This document shows, in pieces, positions 46,494 through 55,949 of a DNA stretch of 64,000 bases. The notes below the pieces were generated by a model. It saw nothing but the letters and a program-made list of their open reading frames with translations. It made no database searches and was not told the DNA's origin. Each line of letters starts with the position of its first letter. Position 1 is the first letter of the stretch. This DNA is from an uncultured Gemmatimonadales bacterium (GTDB lineage: Bacteria > Gemmatimonadota > Gemmatimonadetes > Gemmatimonadales > GWC2-71-9), in assembly GCA_963817715.1 (NCBI GenBank), contig CAWFPG010000004.1, positions 199,673 through 263,672 on the forward strand, written 5' to 3'. Both the position numbers and the translations under genes were made by a program.

Positions 46494-47156
46494 ACCACTC
46501 ACCTCGATCGACCCCGCGAGCGCCTCTGGCGACTGGGAGCCGGTGCGTTGACGGCGCCCGAGATTCTGGCGATCCTGCTTGGGACGGGGGATGGGCAGGG
46601 GGATGCCCTTGCCCTGGCCCGGCGGCTGCTCGACCCGGCCGGCGGCACGCTCAGGCGCCTCGCCGCCCGGCCGCCGGCGGAGTTGATGCGGACCGGGGGG
46701 GTCGGACCGGCCAAGGCGGCCCGGCTGCTGGCGGCGTTCGAGCTGGCCCAGCGGCTCGACCGCGAACTCCGGCCGGTAGCACCGAGGATCACCACCCCGG
46801 TCGATGTGCTCCGGGTGGTGGGGCCGGCGCTCCGCGACCTGGCGGTCGAGGAGTTCCACTTGCTGGCGCTGGACACCCGCTCGCGGGTGCTGCGCGATGT
46901 GCTGGTGACCCGGGGGCTGCTCGACAGCTCGCTGGTCCACCCCAGGGAGGTCTTCCGGGCCGCGATCGCCGAGGCGGCGGCCGGGATCATCCTGGTGCAC
47001 AACCATCCGAGCGGGGATCCCACCCCCTCGGCGGAGGATCGGGCAGTGACCCGGCAGCTGGTGGCCGCCGGGCAGCTGCTCGACCTTCCGGTCTACGATC
47101 ACGTGATCGTGGCGGGTGACCGCCACGTGAGCTTCGCCACCGCCGGACTCCTGTGA
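46491..47156 (+). CDS. radC: RadC-family JAB/MPN-domain protein
   Basis: RERLWRLGAGALTAPEILAILLGTG, helix-hairpin-helix GVGPAKAARLLAAFEL, JAMM motif ILVHNHPSGDPTPSAED. Confidence 0.85.
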   Translation: MTTHLDRPRERLWRLGAGALTAPEILAILLGTGDGQGDALALARRLLDPAGGTLRRLAARPPAELMRTGGVGPAKAARLLAAFELAQRLDRELRPVAPRITTPVDVLRVVGPALRDLAVEEFHLLALDTRSRVLRDVLVTRGLLDSSLVHPREVFRAAIAEAAAGIILVHNHPSGDPTPSAEDRAVTRQLVAAGQLLDLPVYDHVIVAGDRHVSFATAGLL

Positions 47157-49333
47157 CGCCTGCCGCGCCCGCCGTCCTCGCCGAGCTCTCGCCGAACTTC
47201 TTCACCACCCTGGAGAAGTACGCCGAGCGGCTCGACATCCCGCTGATCGACCGCGCGCTGCGGTACTCGGCGGCGGCCCATCGCGGCCAGAAGCGGATGA
47301 GCGGCGAGGACTTCGTCGAGCACTCGATCGCGGTGGCGTCGATCCTGGCCGGGCTGCTGGTCGACAGCACCTCCATCTGCGCCGCGCTGCTGCACGACGT
47401 GGTCGAGGATTCCGCGGTCTCGACCGACGACATCGCGCGCGAGTTCGGGGCCGAGGTGGCGACGCTGGTCGACGGCCTCACCAAGATCTCGCACCTGACC
47501 TTCCGCTCCTCCGCCGAGGAGCAGTCGGAGAACTACCGCAAGCTGCTGTTGTCGGTGGCGAAGGACGCCCGGGTCATCATCATCAAGCTGGCCGACCGGC
47601 TCCATAACATGCGGACGCTGGAACACCTGAGCGAGCAGCGCCGCCGCCGGATCGCCACCGAGACCCGGGAGATCTACGCCCCGCTGGCCCATCGCTTCGG
47701 CATGGCCCAGGTCAAGGCCGAGCTGGAGGACCTGGCGCTCAAGTTCCTGGAGCCCGACGACTATGCCACCCTCGCCCAGCAGGTGGCCGCCAAGCGGGCC
47801 GAGCGCCACGAGGCGATCGAGCGACTGCGGGTCCCCCTCGAGGACGAGCTGCGACGCGCCGGGGTGACGGATGTCGAGGTGAGTGGGCGCCCCAAGCATC
47901 TCTGGTCGATCTATCAGAAGATGAAGAAGCGCAACAAGCCGTTCGAGGAGATCTACGACCTGATGGCGATGCGGGTGATCGTGGGCACGGTGCCGGAGTG
48001 CTACCACGTGCTCGGCATCATCCATCACGTCTGGACCCCGCTGCAGGAGCGGATCAAGGACTACATCGCGAGTCCCAAGAGCAACGGCTACCAGTCGCTC
48101 CATACCACGATCTTCGGTCCCGGCGGGCAGCTGTTCGAGATCCAGATCCGGACCCGCGAGATGCACCGCACCGCCGAGTACGGCATCGCGGCGCACTGGC
48201 TCTACAAGACCTCGACCGAGCCCGAGCACGAGGACGAGATCGGCCGCCAGCTGGGGTGGTTCCGCCAGCTGCTCGAGCTGCAGCAGGAGAGTGCCACGCC
48301 GGAGGAGTTCCTCGAGTTCCTCAAGGTCGACCTCTATCACGACGAGATCTTCATCTTCACGCCGCAGGGCGATGTCAAGCAGCTCCCCAAGGGAGCGACC
48401 GCGATCGACTTCGCCTTCCACGTGCACACCGACGTGGGTCTGCATACCACCGGCGCCAGGGTCAACGGCCGGATCGCCCCGTTGCACCGCGAACTCAAGA
48501 ACGGCGACACCGTGGAGATCCTGACGTCGAAGCAGGCCAGGCCGTCGCGCGACTGGCTGGCCCACGTCCGCACCGGGCGGGCCCGCAGCAAGATCAAGCA
48601 GTGGATCCGCCAGGAGGAGGAGACGGTCTCGGCCCAGCTGGGCCGCGAGATCCTGGTGCGCGAATTGAAGCGGCGCCGGCTCGAACTGCCCGAGGAGGGA
48701 CGGCTCGACGCCGCCGGCCGGCAGCTCAACCTGCAGGATGGCACCGCGCTGCAGGTGTCGCTGGGTCGCGGCGACCTGGCCCTCGGTCAGGTGATGAAGC
48801 TGCTCTTCCCCGAGCTGCCGGGCGAGGCGCTGGCCGAGAAGCCGCCGACGATGTTCGGGCGAGTGATCGACCGGTTCCGGCTGGGGCGGGGGATCAAGAT
48901 CCAGGGTGTCGATGGATTGATGGTCCGCTATGCCCAGTGCTGCCAGCCGGTCCCCGGCGACCCGGTGGTCGGCTACGTGACCCAGGGGCGCGGCATCTCG
49001 ATCCACCGGGCCGACTGCCCCAACCTGCTCACCCTCAGCGACCAGGGGCGCCGGGTCGAGATCGACTGGCAGGAGCAGAGCGGCGAGACCTACGCGGTGC
49101 GGCTCTCGCTCACCGGCGATGATCGCCGCGGCCTGTATGCCGACATCATGTCGGCCATCTCGGGCAGCGGCACGAACATCAAGGGCGCCGACCTGCAGAC
49201 CCGCGACGGCACGGCGTTCGGCACGGTGTACGTCGAGGTCGACAACCTGCCCCACCTCGCCAAGGTGCTCAAGGCGATCCGCCGGGTGAAAGGCGTCTCG
49301 AGCGTGGAGCGGCGGGAACAGGGAGAGAACTGA
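47153..49333 (+). CDS. relA: bifunctional (p)ppGpp synthetase/hydrolase (RelA/SpoT homolog)
   Basis: HD domain AAHRGQKRMSGEDFVEHSIAVA...LLHDVVED. Synthetase RPKHLWSIYQKM...DLMAMRVIV...YQSLHTTI. TGS and ACT-like tail. GTGA overlap with radC. Confidence 0.9.
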   Translation: MTPAAPAVLAELSPNFFTTLEKYAERLDIPLIDRALRYSAAAHRGQKRMSGEDFVEHSIAVASILAGLLVDSTSICAALLHDVVEDSAVSTDDIAREFGAEVATLVDGLTKISHLTFRSSAEEQSENYRKLLLSVAKDARVIIIKLADRLHNMRTLEHLSEQRRRRIATETREIYAPLAHRFGMAQVKAELEDLALKFLEPDDYATLAQQVAAKRAERHEAIERLRVPLEDELRRAGVTDVEVSGRPKHLWSIYQKMKKRNKPFEEIYDLMAMRVIVGTVPECYHVLGIIHHVWTPLQERIKDYIASPKSNGYQSLHTTIFGPGGQLFEIQIRTREMHRTAEYGIAAHWLYKTSTEPEHEDEIGRQLGWFRQLLELQQESATPEEFLEFLKVDLYHDEIFIFTPQGDVKQLPKGATAIDFAFHVHTDVGLHTTGARVNGRIAPLHRELKNGDTVEILTSKQARPSRDWLAHVRTGRARSKIKQWIRQEEETVSAQLGREILVRELKRRRLELPEEGRLDAAGRQLNLQDGTALQVSLGRGDLALGQVMKLLFPELPGEALAEKPPTMFGRVIDRFRLGRGIKIQGVDGLMVRYAQCCQPVPGDPVVGYVTQGRGISIHRADCPNLLTLSDQGRRVEIDWQEQSGETYAVRLSLTGDDRRGLYADIMSAISGSGTNIKGADLQTRDGTAFGTVYVEVDNLPHLAKVLKAIRRVKGVSSVERREQGEN

Positions 49334-49338
49334 CGACC

Positions 49339-49746
49339 ATGGCCACCTACCTCCTCAAGACCGAGCCGTCGACCTACTCGTGGGACGAGTTGGTGCGCGA
49401 GCGCCGGACCGTCTGGGACGGCATCCGCAATGCCGCCGCCCTGATCGCCATTCGCCAGATGAAGCGCGGCGACGAGGCGATCATCTATCACTCCGGCAAG
49501 GAGCGGGCGATCGTCGGGATCGCGAAGATCGTGAAGGGCGCCTATCAGGATCCCAAGCACGACGACCCCAAGCTGGCCGTGGTCGACGTGGTGCCGGTGC
49601 GTGCGGTCGATCCGCCGGTGCCGCTGGCGTCGATCAAGGCGGAGCCGAAGCTCAAGCAGTTCCCGCTGGTGCGGATCTCGCGACTCTCGACGATGCCGGT
49701 GAGCCCGGCGGAGCGGAAGGTGCTGGCGAAGCTGGGGGTGACCTGA
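49339..49746 (+). CDS. EVE (PUA-like, DUF55) domain protein
   Basis: MATYLLKTEPSTYSWDELVRERRTVWDGIRNAAALIAIRQMKRGDEAIIYHSG... Confidence 0.8.
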   Translation: MATYLLKTEPSTYSWDELVRERRTVWDGIRNAAALIAIRQMKRGDEAIIYHSGKERAIVGIAKIVKGAYQDPKHDDPKLAVVDVVPVRAVDPPVPLASIKAEPKLKQFPLVRISRLSTMPVSPAERKVLAKLGVT

Positions 49747-49747
49747 C

Positions 49748-49900
49748 GGAGGGCGGAGGACGGAGGACAGGGGCCTTCAGCCGCGGCCGTCAGGCCGCGG
49801 TGATGCGGGACCCAGATTGAGCCAGTCGTCCACATCCCCGCGGCCTGACGGCCGCGGCTGGAGATCATCCGTCGTTCCGTCCTCCGTCCTCCGCCGCTCC
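49748..49900. repeat. nested palindromic element C: GGAGGGC(GGAGGAC)x2 array, perfect 23-nt inner inverted repeat, (GTCCTCC)x2GCCGCTCC array
   Basis: Read directly. The outer arms 49748-49768 and 49879-49900 pair with one bulge. The inner arm CAGCCGCGGCCGTCAGGCCGCGG (49778-49800) is the exact reverse complement of 49838-49860, and each inner arm is itself self-complementary. The element starts 2 nt after the EVE stop. Confidence 0.85.
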
Positions 49901-49917
49901 GAATAGAACCCGAAGAC

Positions 49918-49929
49918 CCGACTATATTC
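49918..49929 (+). promoter_or_regulatory. CCGACTATATTC motif with a TATATT -10-like hexamer; putative leaderless promoter of uvrB
   Basis: TATATT at 49923-49928 ends 6 nt before ATG 49935, with no SD. Same 12-mer as at 6054-6065. Confidence 0.35.
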
Positions 49930-49934
49930 CCCGG

Positions 49935-51963
49935 ATGCCCACGTTCGAGGTCCGCGCCCCGTTCCAGCCTGCGGGGGACCAGCCCCGCGCCATCGCCGAG
50001 CTCACGGCGGGGCTGGCGCGTGGCGACAAGTACCAGACCCTCCTCGGGGTGACCGGCAGCGGCAAGACGATGACGCTGGCGCACACGATCGCGGCCCACG
50101 GCAAGCCGACCCTGGTGATGAGCCACAACAAGACCCTGGCCGCGCAGCTCTACGGTGAGCTCAAGCAGTTCATGCCCGTCAACGCGGTCGAGTACTTCGT
50201 CTCGTACTACGACTACTACCAGCCCGAGGCCTACGTCCCCTCGACCGACGTCTACATCGAGAAGGACGCCTCGATCAACCAGGACATCGAGTCGTTGCGG
50301 CTGCGGGCCACGTCGTCGTTGATGGAGCGCGACGACGTGGTGATCGTCGCCACCGTGTCGGCGATCTACGGCCTCGGCGATCCGGCGGCCTACCGCGCGC
50401 TGATGGTGTCGATCGCGCGCGGCGAGCGGCGCGGACGCGACGGGATCCTGCAGGACCTGGTGGCGATCCAGTACCAGCGCAACGATGCGTCGTTCGAGCC
50501 CGGCACCTTCCGGGTTCGCGGCGACACAATCGAGATCTATCCCGCCTACGACGAGCAGGCGATCCGGATCGAGCTCTGGGGCGACGAGGTGGAGCGGATC
50601 AGCCGCTTTCACCCGCTCACCGGCCACCCGATCGCCCAACTCGACCGCACCGCGATCTACCCGGCCAAGCACTTCGTGACCGAGCGGGCAACGATCGAGC
50701 GCGCCGTGGCGCGGATCCGCGCGGAACTGGCCGAGCGGCTCACGATGTTGCGCTCGGCCGGCAAGCTCCTCGAGGCGCAGCGGCTCGAGTCGCGCACCAC
50801 CTTCGACGTGGAGATGATGCTCGAGGTCGGCACCTGCGCCGGGATCGAGAACTACTCCCGCCACCTCGCCGGTCGCGCGGAGGGCGAGCGTCCGGCCTGC
50901 CTGATCGATTACTTCCCGGCCGACTTCCTGGTGGTGGTCGATGAGAGCCACGTCTCGCTGCCGCAGATCAACGGGATGTTCAACGGCGACCGGGCCCGCA
51001 AGACGACGCTGGTCGAGTACGGCTTCCGGCTGCCGAGTGCGCTCGACAACCGGCCGCTCCGCTTCGAGGAGTTCATGACGCTGGTGCCGCAGATGATCAA
51101 CGTCTCGGCCACCCCGGGCGACCTCGAGCTGCAGCTGTCGGGCGGCGTGGCGGTCGAGCAGATCATTCGCCCCACCGGCCTGGTCGATCCCGAGGTGGAG
51201 ATCCGGCCGGTCACGGGGCAGGTCGACGACCTGCTCGCCGAGATCCGCAAGCGCGAGCAGGCGCGCGAGCGGGTGCTGGTCACCACCCTCACCAAGCGGA
51301 TGTCGGAGGACCTCACCGACTACCTCCAGCAGGCCGGGGTCCGGGTCCGCTACCTGCACAGCGACATCGACGCGATCGAGCGGGTGGAGATCCTGCGCGG
51401 GCTCCGGCTCGGCGACTTCGACGTGCTGGTGGGCATCAACCTGCTGCGCGAGGGCCTCGACCTGCCCGAGGTGTCGCTCGTCGCGATTCTCGACGCCGAC
51501 CAGGAGGGATTCCTGCGGAGCGACCGGTCGCTGATCCAGACCGTGGGCCGCGCGGCGCGCAACGTCAACGGCCGGGCGATTCTCTATGCCGACCGGATCA
51601 CCGGCTCGATGCGCCGCGCGCTCGACGAGATGGACCGTCGTCGCGAGCGGCAGCGGGCGTTCAACATCGAGCACGACATCACGCCGATGTCGATCGTGAA
51701 GTCGCTCGACGAGGTGCGGCTCTCGACCAAGGTCGCCGACTCGCGGACCGAGCGGCCCGACGCCCGGCAAGGCGGCCCGGTCGAAGGCGCTCGACCTGCA
51801 CGACCCGGCCCAGCGGGCCGCGGCCATGGCCGCCCTGGAACAGCAGATGCGCGAGGCGGCGGCCAACCTCGAGTTCGAGATCGCCGCACTGCTGCGTGAC
51901 CAGCTCAACGAGCTGCGAGCCGCCTCGGCGCCCGATGTCCGACGCCCGGTGGCACGGCGATGA
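49935..51963 (+). pseudogene. uvrB: excinuclease ABC subunit B, frame broken near 51755-51768
   Basis: [14 protein letters not shown], Walker [25 protein letters not shown], helicase motifs. The C-terminal UVR domain [29 protein letters not shown] reads in the +1 frame and stops at TGA 51961-51963. Confidence 0.9.
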
Positions 51964-52371
51964 CGGCGCCGGCGCTCGACCAGGTCGCTGCTCGAGGGGC
52001 TCGCGGCGAGGCTTGCCACCGAGCTGCCCGTCGGGACGGTGATCCGGCTCGAGGGGCCACTCGGCGCCGGGAAGACCACCTTCGCACGGGCATTCGTCGC
52101 GGCCCGGGGCGGTGCCACGACCGCCACCTCGCCGACCTACACGTTGGCACACCGCTACGACGGGCCGGGCGGCGAGATCTGGCACCTCGACTGCTACCGG
52201 TTGCGCGATCCCGAGGAGGCGGCCGATCTCGACTGGGAGCGGCTGGTCGCGGCCGACGTGCTGCTGATCGAATGGCCCGAGCGGGCCGGTGCCTGGGTTC
52301 CGGAGGCTGGCTGCACGGTGCGGCTCAACCACACGGTCGACGACCGGCGCACGGTGAGCGTCTCCCGATGA
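51960..52371 (+). pseudogene. tsaE: tRNA t6A biosynthesis ATPase TsaE, frame probably broken near 51984
   Basis: SLLEGLAARLATELPVGTVIRLEGPLGAGKTTFARAF...SPTYTLAHRY...WHLDCYRL is in one frame with no start codon before GTG 52039. ATG 51960 (MTAPALDQ, ATGA overlap with the uvrB stop) is in the neighbouring frame. Confidence 0.7.
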
Positions 52372-53090
52372 TCACCCTCGCGCTCGACACCGCGACCGCG
52401 CGGCTGACGCTGGCGGTGAGCGACGGCGACCGGGTGGCGTCGCGATCGTTGGAGGGACCGCGGCGCCACGCCGCCCAGGTCCTCGCACTGGCCGATTCGG
52501 CCCTGACGGAACTCGGCGCCCGGGTGGGCGACGTCGGCGCAGTGCTCACCGGCGACGGGCCGGGCTCGTTCACCGGGCTGCGCGTGAGTGCTGCGGTGGC
52601 CAAGGCCCTCACCTGGCAGCGGCCGCAGGTGATGTGGCGGACCGCGCCCTCGCTGATGATCCGGGCCGCAGCCCATGCCCCGAGAGGGGGCGGCACCGTG
52701 CTCGCCCTGGCCGACGCCCTCCGCGGCGAACTGTATGCCGGGGCCTGGCGGTTCAAGCCTGGTTGTGTCGTGCAACTCACCACCCCGCTGCGGGCCCTCT
52801 CTCCCGAGGCGCTGGGCGACGTCGGGACGGTCGACGTGGTCATCGGCAGCATTCCCGAACGCCTCGTCGAGCAGGTCCGCCTGGCGACTGGCCGCGAGCC
52901 GGTGCGTGACGAGCGGGCGCTTCCCGAGGCGACCTGGTTGCTGCGACTCGACCAGCTCGATGGCGGCACCTCGCCGGTGGCCGACCCGGCTGCCTGGCAA
53001 CCCGAGTACGGCCGCCCTGCCGAGGCGCAGGCGGTCTGGGAACGGAAGCATGGCCGACCGCTGCCGGATTCGACCCACCACGCCCGCTGA
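52368..53090 (+). CDS. tsaB: tRNA t6A biosynthesis protein TsaB
   Basis: MITLALDTATARLTLAV...GDGPGSFTGLRVSAAVAKAL. ATGA overlap with tsaE. Confidence 0.8.
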   Translation: MITLALDTATARLTLAVSDGDRVASRSLEGPRRHAAQVLALADSALTELGARVGDVGAVLTGDGPGSFTGLRVSAAVAKALTWQRPQVMWRTAPSLMIRAAAHAPRGGGTVLALADALRGELYAGAWRFKPGCVVQLTTPLRALSPEALGDVGTVDVVIGSIPERLVEQVRLATGREPVRDERALPEATWLLRLDQLDGGTSPVADPAAWQPEYGRPAEAQAVWERKHGRPLPDSTHHAR

Positions 53091-53526
53091 TCTCCCGGAG
53101 CTGACGCTGCTCGAGCAGGGAGCGTTCAGCGATCCGTGGAGCAGCGAGATGATCGCCGACGCGATATCCGCCCCCGGGGCGGTCGCGCTGGTGGCAGAGG
53201 CCGGCGACGGCGAGATTGTCGGCTCGGTGTTGGGGCGGGTGGTGGACGACGAGGCCGAGATCCTCACCATCGCAGTGTCACCGGCTGCCCGTCGCCAGGG
53301 ACTTGGCCGAGAGATGCTCGACGCCGCCCTGGCCGACCTCGGTGCGGCGGGCGCCACCTCGGTCTGGCTCGAGGTCAGGCCGTCGAATCATGCGGCCCGG
53401 GCGATGTACCGGGCAGCCGGTTTCGTCGCCGCCGGCGTGCGACCGCGCTATTATCGGCGTCCGGCCGAGGACGCCCTGATCCTGCGACTCGGCCCGCTCG
53501 CGCCGACCGGTACCGCCAGGCAGTGA
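53050..53526 (+). CDS. rimI: ribosomal-protein-alanine N-acetyltransferase (GNAT)
   Basis: IRPTTPADLPELTLLEQGAFSDPWS..., acetyl-CoA motif RRQGLGREML, EVRPSNHAARAMYRAAGF. Standard tsaE-tsaB-rimI context. Confidence 0.8.
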   Translation: MADRCRIRPTTPADLPELTLLEQGAFSDPWSSEMIADAISAPGAVALVAEAGDGEIVGSVLGRVVDDEAEILTIAVSPAARRQGLGREMLDAALADLGAAGATSVWLEVRPSNHAARAMYRAAGFVAAGVRPRYYRRPAEDALILRLGPLAPTGTARQ

Positions 53527-53611
53527 TCAGTGACCGCCGGCTCGGCGCCGGCAGCGAGCTTCCCGAGTATGATCCATCACTTCGATTCCCGAACCACTGC
53601 TGGAGTGCATC

Positions 53612-54109
53612 ATGAGCAAGTCCCTCAACAAGGCGATCCTCATCGGCAACCTGGGGGCCGACCCCGAGGTGCGGTCCACCTCCAACGGCGGCCGGGTGGC
53701 CAACTTCTCGATCGCCACCTCGCGTCAGTGGAAGGGGGCCGACGGACAGCGCCAGGAGAAGACCCAGTGGCACCGGGTGGTCTGCTGGAACGCCTCCCGC
53801 GGCCAGCAGCTCGCCGACATTGCCGAGCGCTATTGCAAGAAGGGCGAGCGGGTCTACATCGAGGGGGAGATCGAGTACCGCACCTGGCAGGACAAGGACG
53901 GCCAGACCCGATATTCGACCGAGATCAACTGCCGTGAGCTGATCCTCCTCGGCAGCCGTGGCGGCGGCGACGACGATGGCAGCTCCTGGGGCGGCGGTCG
54001 CTCGAAGGCGTCGTCACCGGACAACTCGGCGCCGGCCGCGAAGAAGGAGGAGTCGTTCAACGACTTCCCCGACGCGCTGGATGGCGAGGACGACGACCTG
54101 CCGTTCTGA
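53612..54109 (+). CDS. ssb: single-stranded DNA-binding protein
   Basis: SLNKAILIGNLGADPEVRSTSNGGRVANFSIATS...WHRVVCW. Gly-rich linker and acidic tip DDDLPF. Confidence 0.9.
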   Translation: MSKSLNKAILIGNLGADPEVRSTSNGGRVANFSIATSRQWKGADGQRQEKTQWHRVVCWNASRGQQLADIAERYCKKGERVYIEGEIEYRTWQDKDGQTRYSTEINCRELILLGSRGGGDDDGSSWGGGRSKASSPDNSAPAAKKEESFNDFPDALDGEDDDLPF

Positions 54110-54173
54110 TCGGCCCACGGCTCACCCCCCACCAGCGGTACCCTGCCGGAGGGGGGTGGCTGCCGTGCCGTGA

Positions 54174-55949
54174 TCACTGCGGCCGGGGGCGGTGGTGCTG
54201 CAGCCCCGGTATGCCGTGCGCCGTCGGGGCCTGGAATATCCCCGGGGCGACACGCAGCCCGGCGAACGCTGGGAGCAGCGTCGGGGTGGGCGCATCCGAG
54301 AAGTTGCCGATGCCGAGCTGGCCGTCGGCATTCCATCCCCAACAAAGCGCCCGGCCATCGATGCGGAGTCCGCAGAAGTGATAGCCGATACCGTCGGCCA
54401 GGCTCGCGAAGGTGAGCCCGCCGGCGACGGCCACCGGCTGCAGCTGGTTCGTGGTGCTGCCGTTGCCCACGGCACCAGCGTCATTGCTGCCCCAGCACTT
54501 GACCGTGCCACCGACCAGTCGTCCGCAGCTGCCCCATCCCGAGGCGCTCACCTCGGCGAACTGGTCACCGCCAGCCACCTGGCTGGGAATGCTGGAATCG
54601 TATGTCGTGCCGTCGCCCAGCTCACCGTAGGCGTTCCAGCCCCAGCACCACAGTGACCCGTTGGCCTCGCGGCCACAGCTGTGCCAATCGCCGACCGAGA
54701 GCTCGACGAAGACATGGCCGCCGCTGACCTGGACCGGATCGGCTGAGCCGCTGGTGGTCCCGTTGCCGAGCTCGCCTTCGTCGCCGTAGCCCCAGCACCA
54801 GGCGGCCCCGGTCGAGTCCAGGCCGCAGGCGTGGAGCGCCCCGGTGTCGATCATCTGCCAACTGTGCCCGCCACTCACCAGTTCCGGGCTGGACGACGGG
54901 GTGTAGCTGCCGTTGCCGAGTTGCCCATCGCCGTTGAGCCCCCAGCACCAGCCCTCGTGCTGGTCGGTGACGCCGCAGACGTGGGCGTCGCCGGAGTTGA
55001 GCGAGGTGAAGGTGTGCCCACCGCTGACGGCAACCGGGACGGTGCTGTTGGCGTTGGTGCCCTGACCCAGGCCGCCCTCGGAACCGTCGCCCCAGCACCA
55101 GGCCTTGCCGTCGAGCGCCACCCCGCAGGTGAAGGCCCAACTCGGGACGATGCTCATGAAGCGGAGCGCGGTATTGACCTTGGTGGGATTCGGGATGCCG
55201 GTCGTCGAGCTGCTGCCCGTGCCGAGCTGGGCGGCGCCGTTGCGCCCCCAGCACCAGGCCTCACCGTCGCTCTTCAGGGCGCAGGTATGGTAGTAGCCGG
55301 TGGCGAGCACGGCGAAGTCGAGTGGCACCGTGACAGTCACCAGGGCGCTGTCGGACTTGCCCTCGCTTATCGCCGTGATCGCGACCGGTCCGCCGTTGGC
55401 GATGGCGGTGACCAGGCCGCTCGAAGAGACCGTCGCGACATCGGTGTCGCTCGACGACCAGGCGATCGGTCGACCAGTGAGCACCGCTCCGTTGGCCGCC
55501 CGGAGGGTTGCGGCCAGCTGGACCGTTTCGCCCGGTTCGAGGCCAGTGCTGTCCGGCGCCACATCGATGCTGGCGACCGGCGGGGCCGAGACGGTGATGG
55601 TGGCCTCACCCGACTTTCCCTCGCCAGTGGCGGTGACCGTGGCGCTGCCTGGCGCCACCGCCGTGACCAGCCCCCCGGTCGACACCGTGGCGACGCTCGA
55701 GGCACTGGAGTGCCAGGTCATTGTCCGGTCGAGCACAGCGCCGCCGGCGTCCTTCGCCTGGGCCGTGAGCTGGGCCGTCTCCCCGACCTCGAGGTCTGCT
55801 GTGGCTGGCGTGACGCTGATCGTCGAGACGGTCGGCGCGGGCGGCGGCGGGGGCGGGGGCGGCGGATTGGAGCCGCTCGGGCTCTGGGAGGCGGCACATC
55901 CCAGCAGGAGGAGGGAGGCGGCGAGGGGCATCAGTCGTGAGCGGCGCAT
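54174..55949 (-). CDS. lipoprotein with poly-Pro linker, Big_2 (bacterial Ig-like) domains and a 7-repeat RCC1-like beta-propeller
   Basis: Lipobox MRRSRLMPLAASLLLLGC, P9 linker, Big_2-like ISVTPATADLEVGETAQLTAQA... and IDVAPDSTGLEPGETVQLAATL.... Seven (W/K/L)CWG...G(Q/E/A/G)(L/V)G repeats. The track ORF to 56123 is an upstream extension. Confidence 0.75.
   Translation of the reverse strand: MRRSRLMPLAASLLLLGCAASQSPSGSNPPPPPPPPPAPTVSTISVTPATADLEVGETAQLTAQAKDAGGAVLDRTMTWHSSASSVATVSTGGLVTAVAPGSATVTATGEGKSGEATITVSAPPVASIDVAPDSTGLEPGETVQLAATLRAANGAVLTGRPIAWSSSDTDVATVSSSGLVTAIANGGPVAITAISEGKSDSALVTVTVPLDFAVLATGYYHTCALKSDGEAWCWGRNGAAQLGTGSSSTTGIPNPTKVNTALRFMSIVPSWAFTCGVALDGKAWCWGDGSEGGLGQGTNANSTVPVAVSGGHTFTSLNSGDAHVCGVTDQHEGWCWGLNGDGQLGNGSYTPSSSPELVSGGHSWQMIDTGALHACGLDSTGAAWCWGYGDEGELGNGTTSGSADPVQVSGGHVFVELSVGDWHSCGREANGSLWCWGWNAYGELGDGTTYDSSIPSQVAGGDQFAEVSASGWGSCGRLVGGTVKCWGSNDAGAVGNGSTTNQLQPVAVAGGLTFASLADGIGYHFCGLRIDGRALCWGWNADGQLGIGNFSDAPTPTLLPAFAGLRVAPGIFQAPTAHGIPGLQHHRPRPQ

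Noticed and set aside
55830-55875. GC-rich trinucleotide-like tracts (55830-55875; also 42085-42125 in secA) as non-coding simple repeats
   Set aside because: They encode in-frame poly-Pro linkers of the RCC1 lipoprotein and of the SecA C-terminal region.
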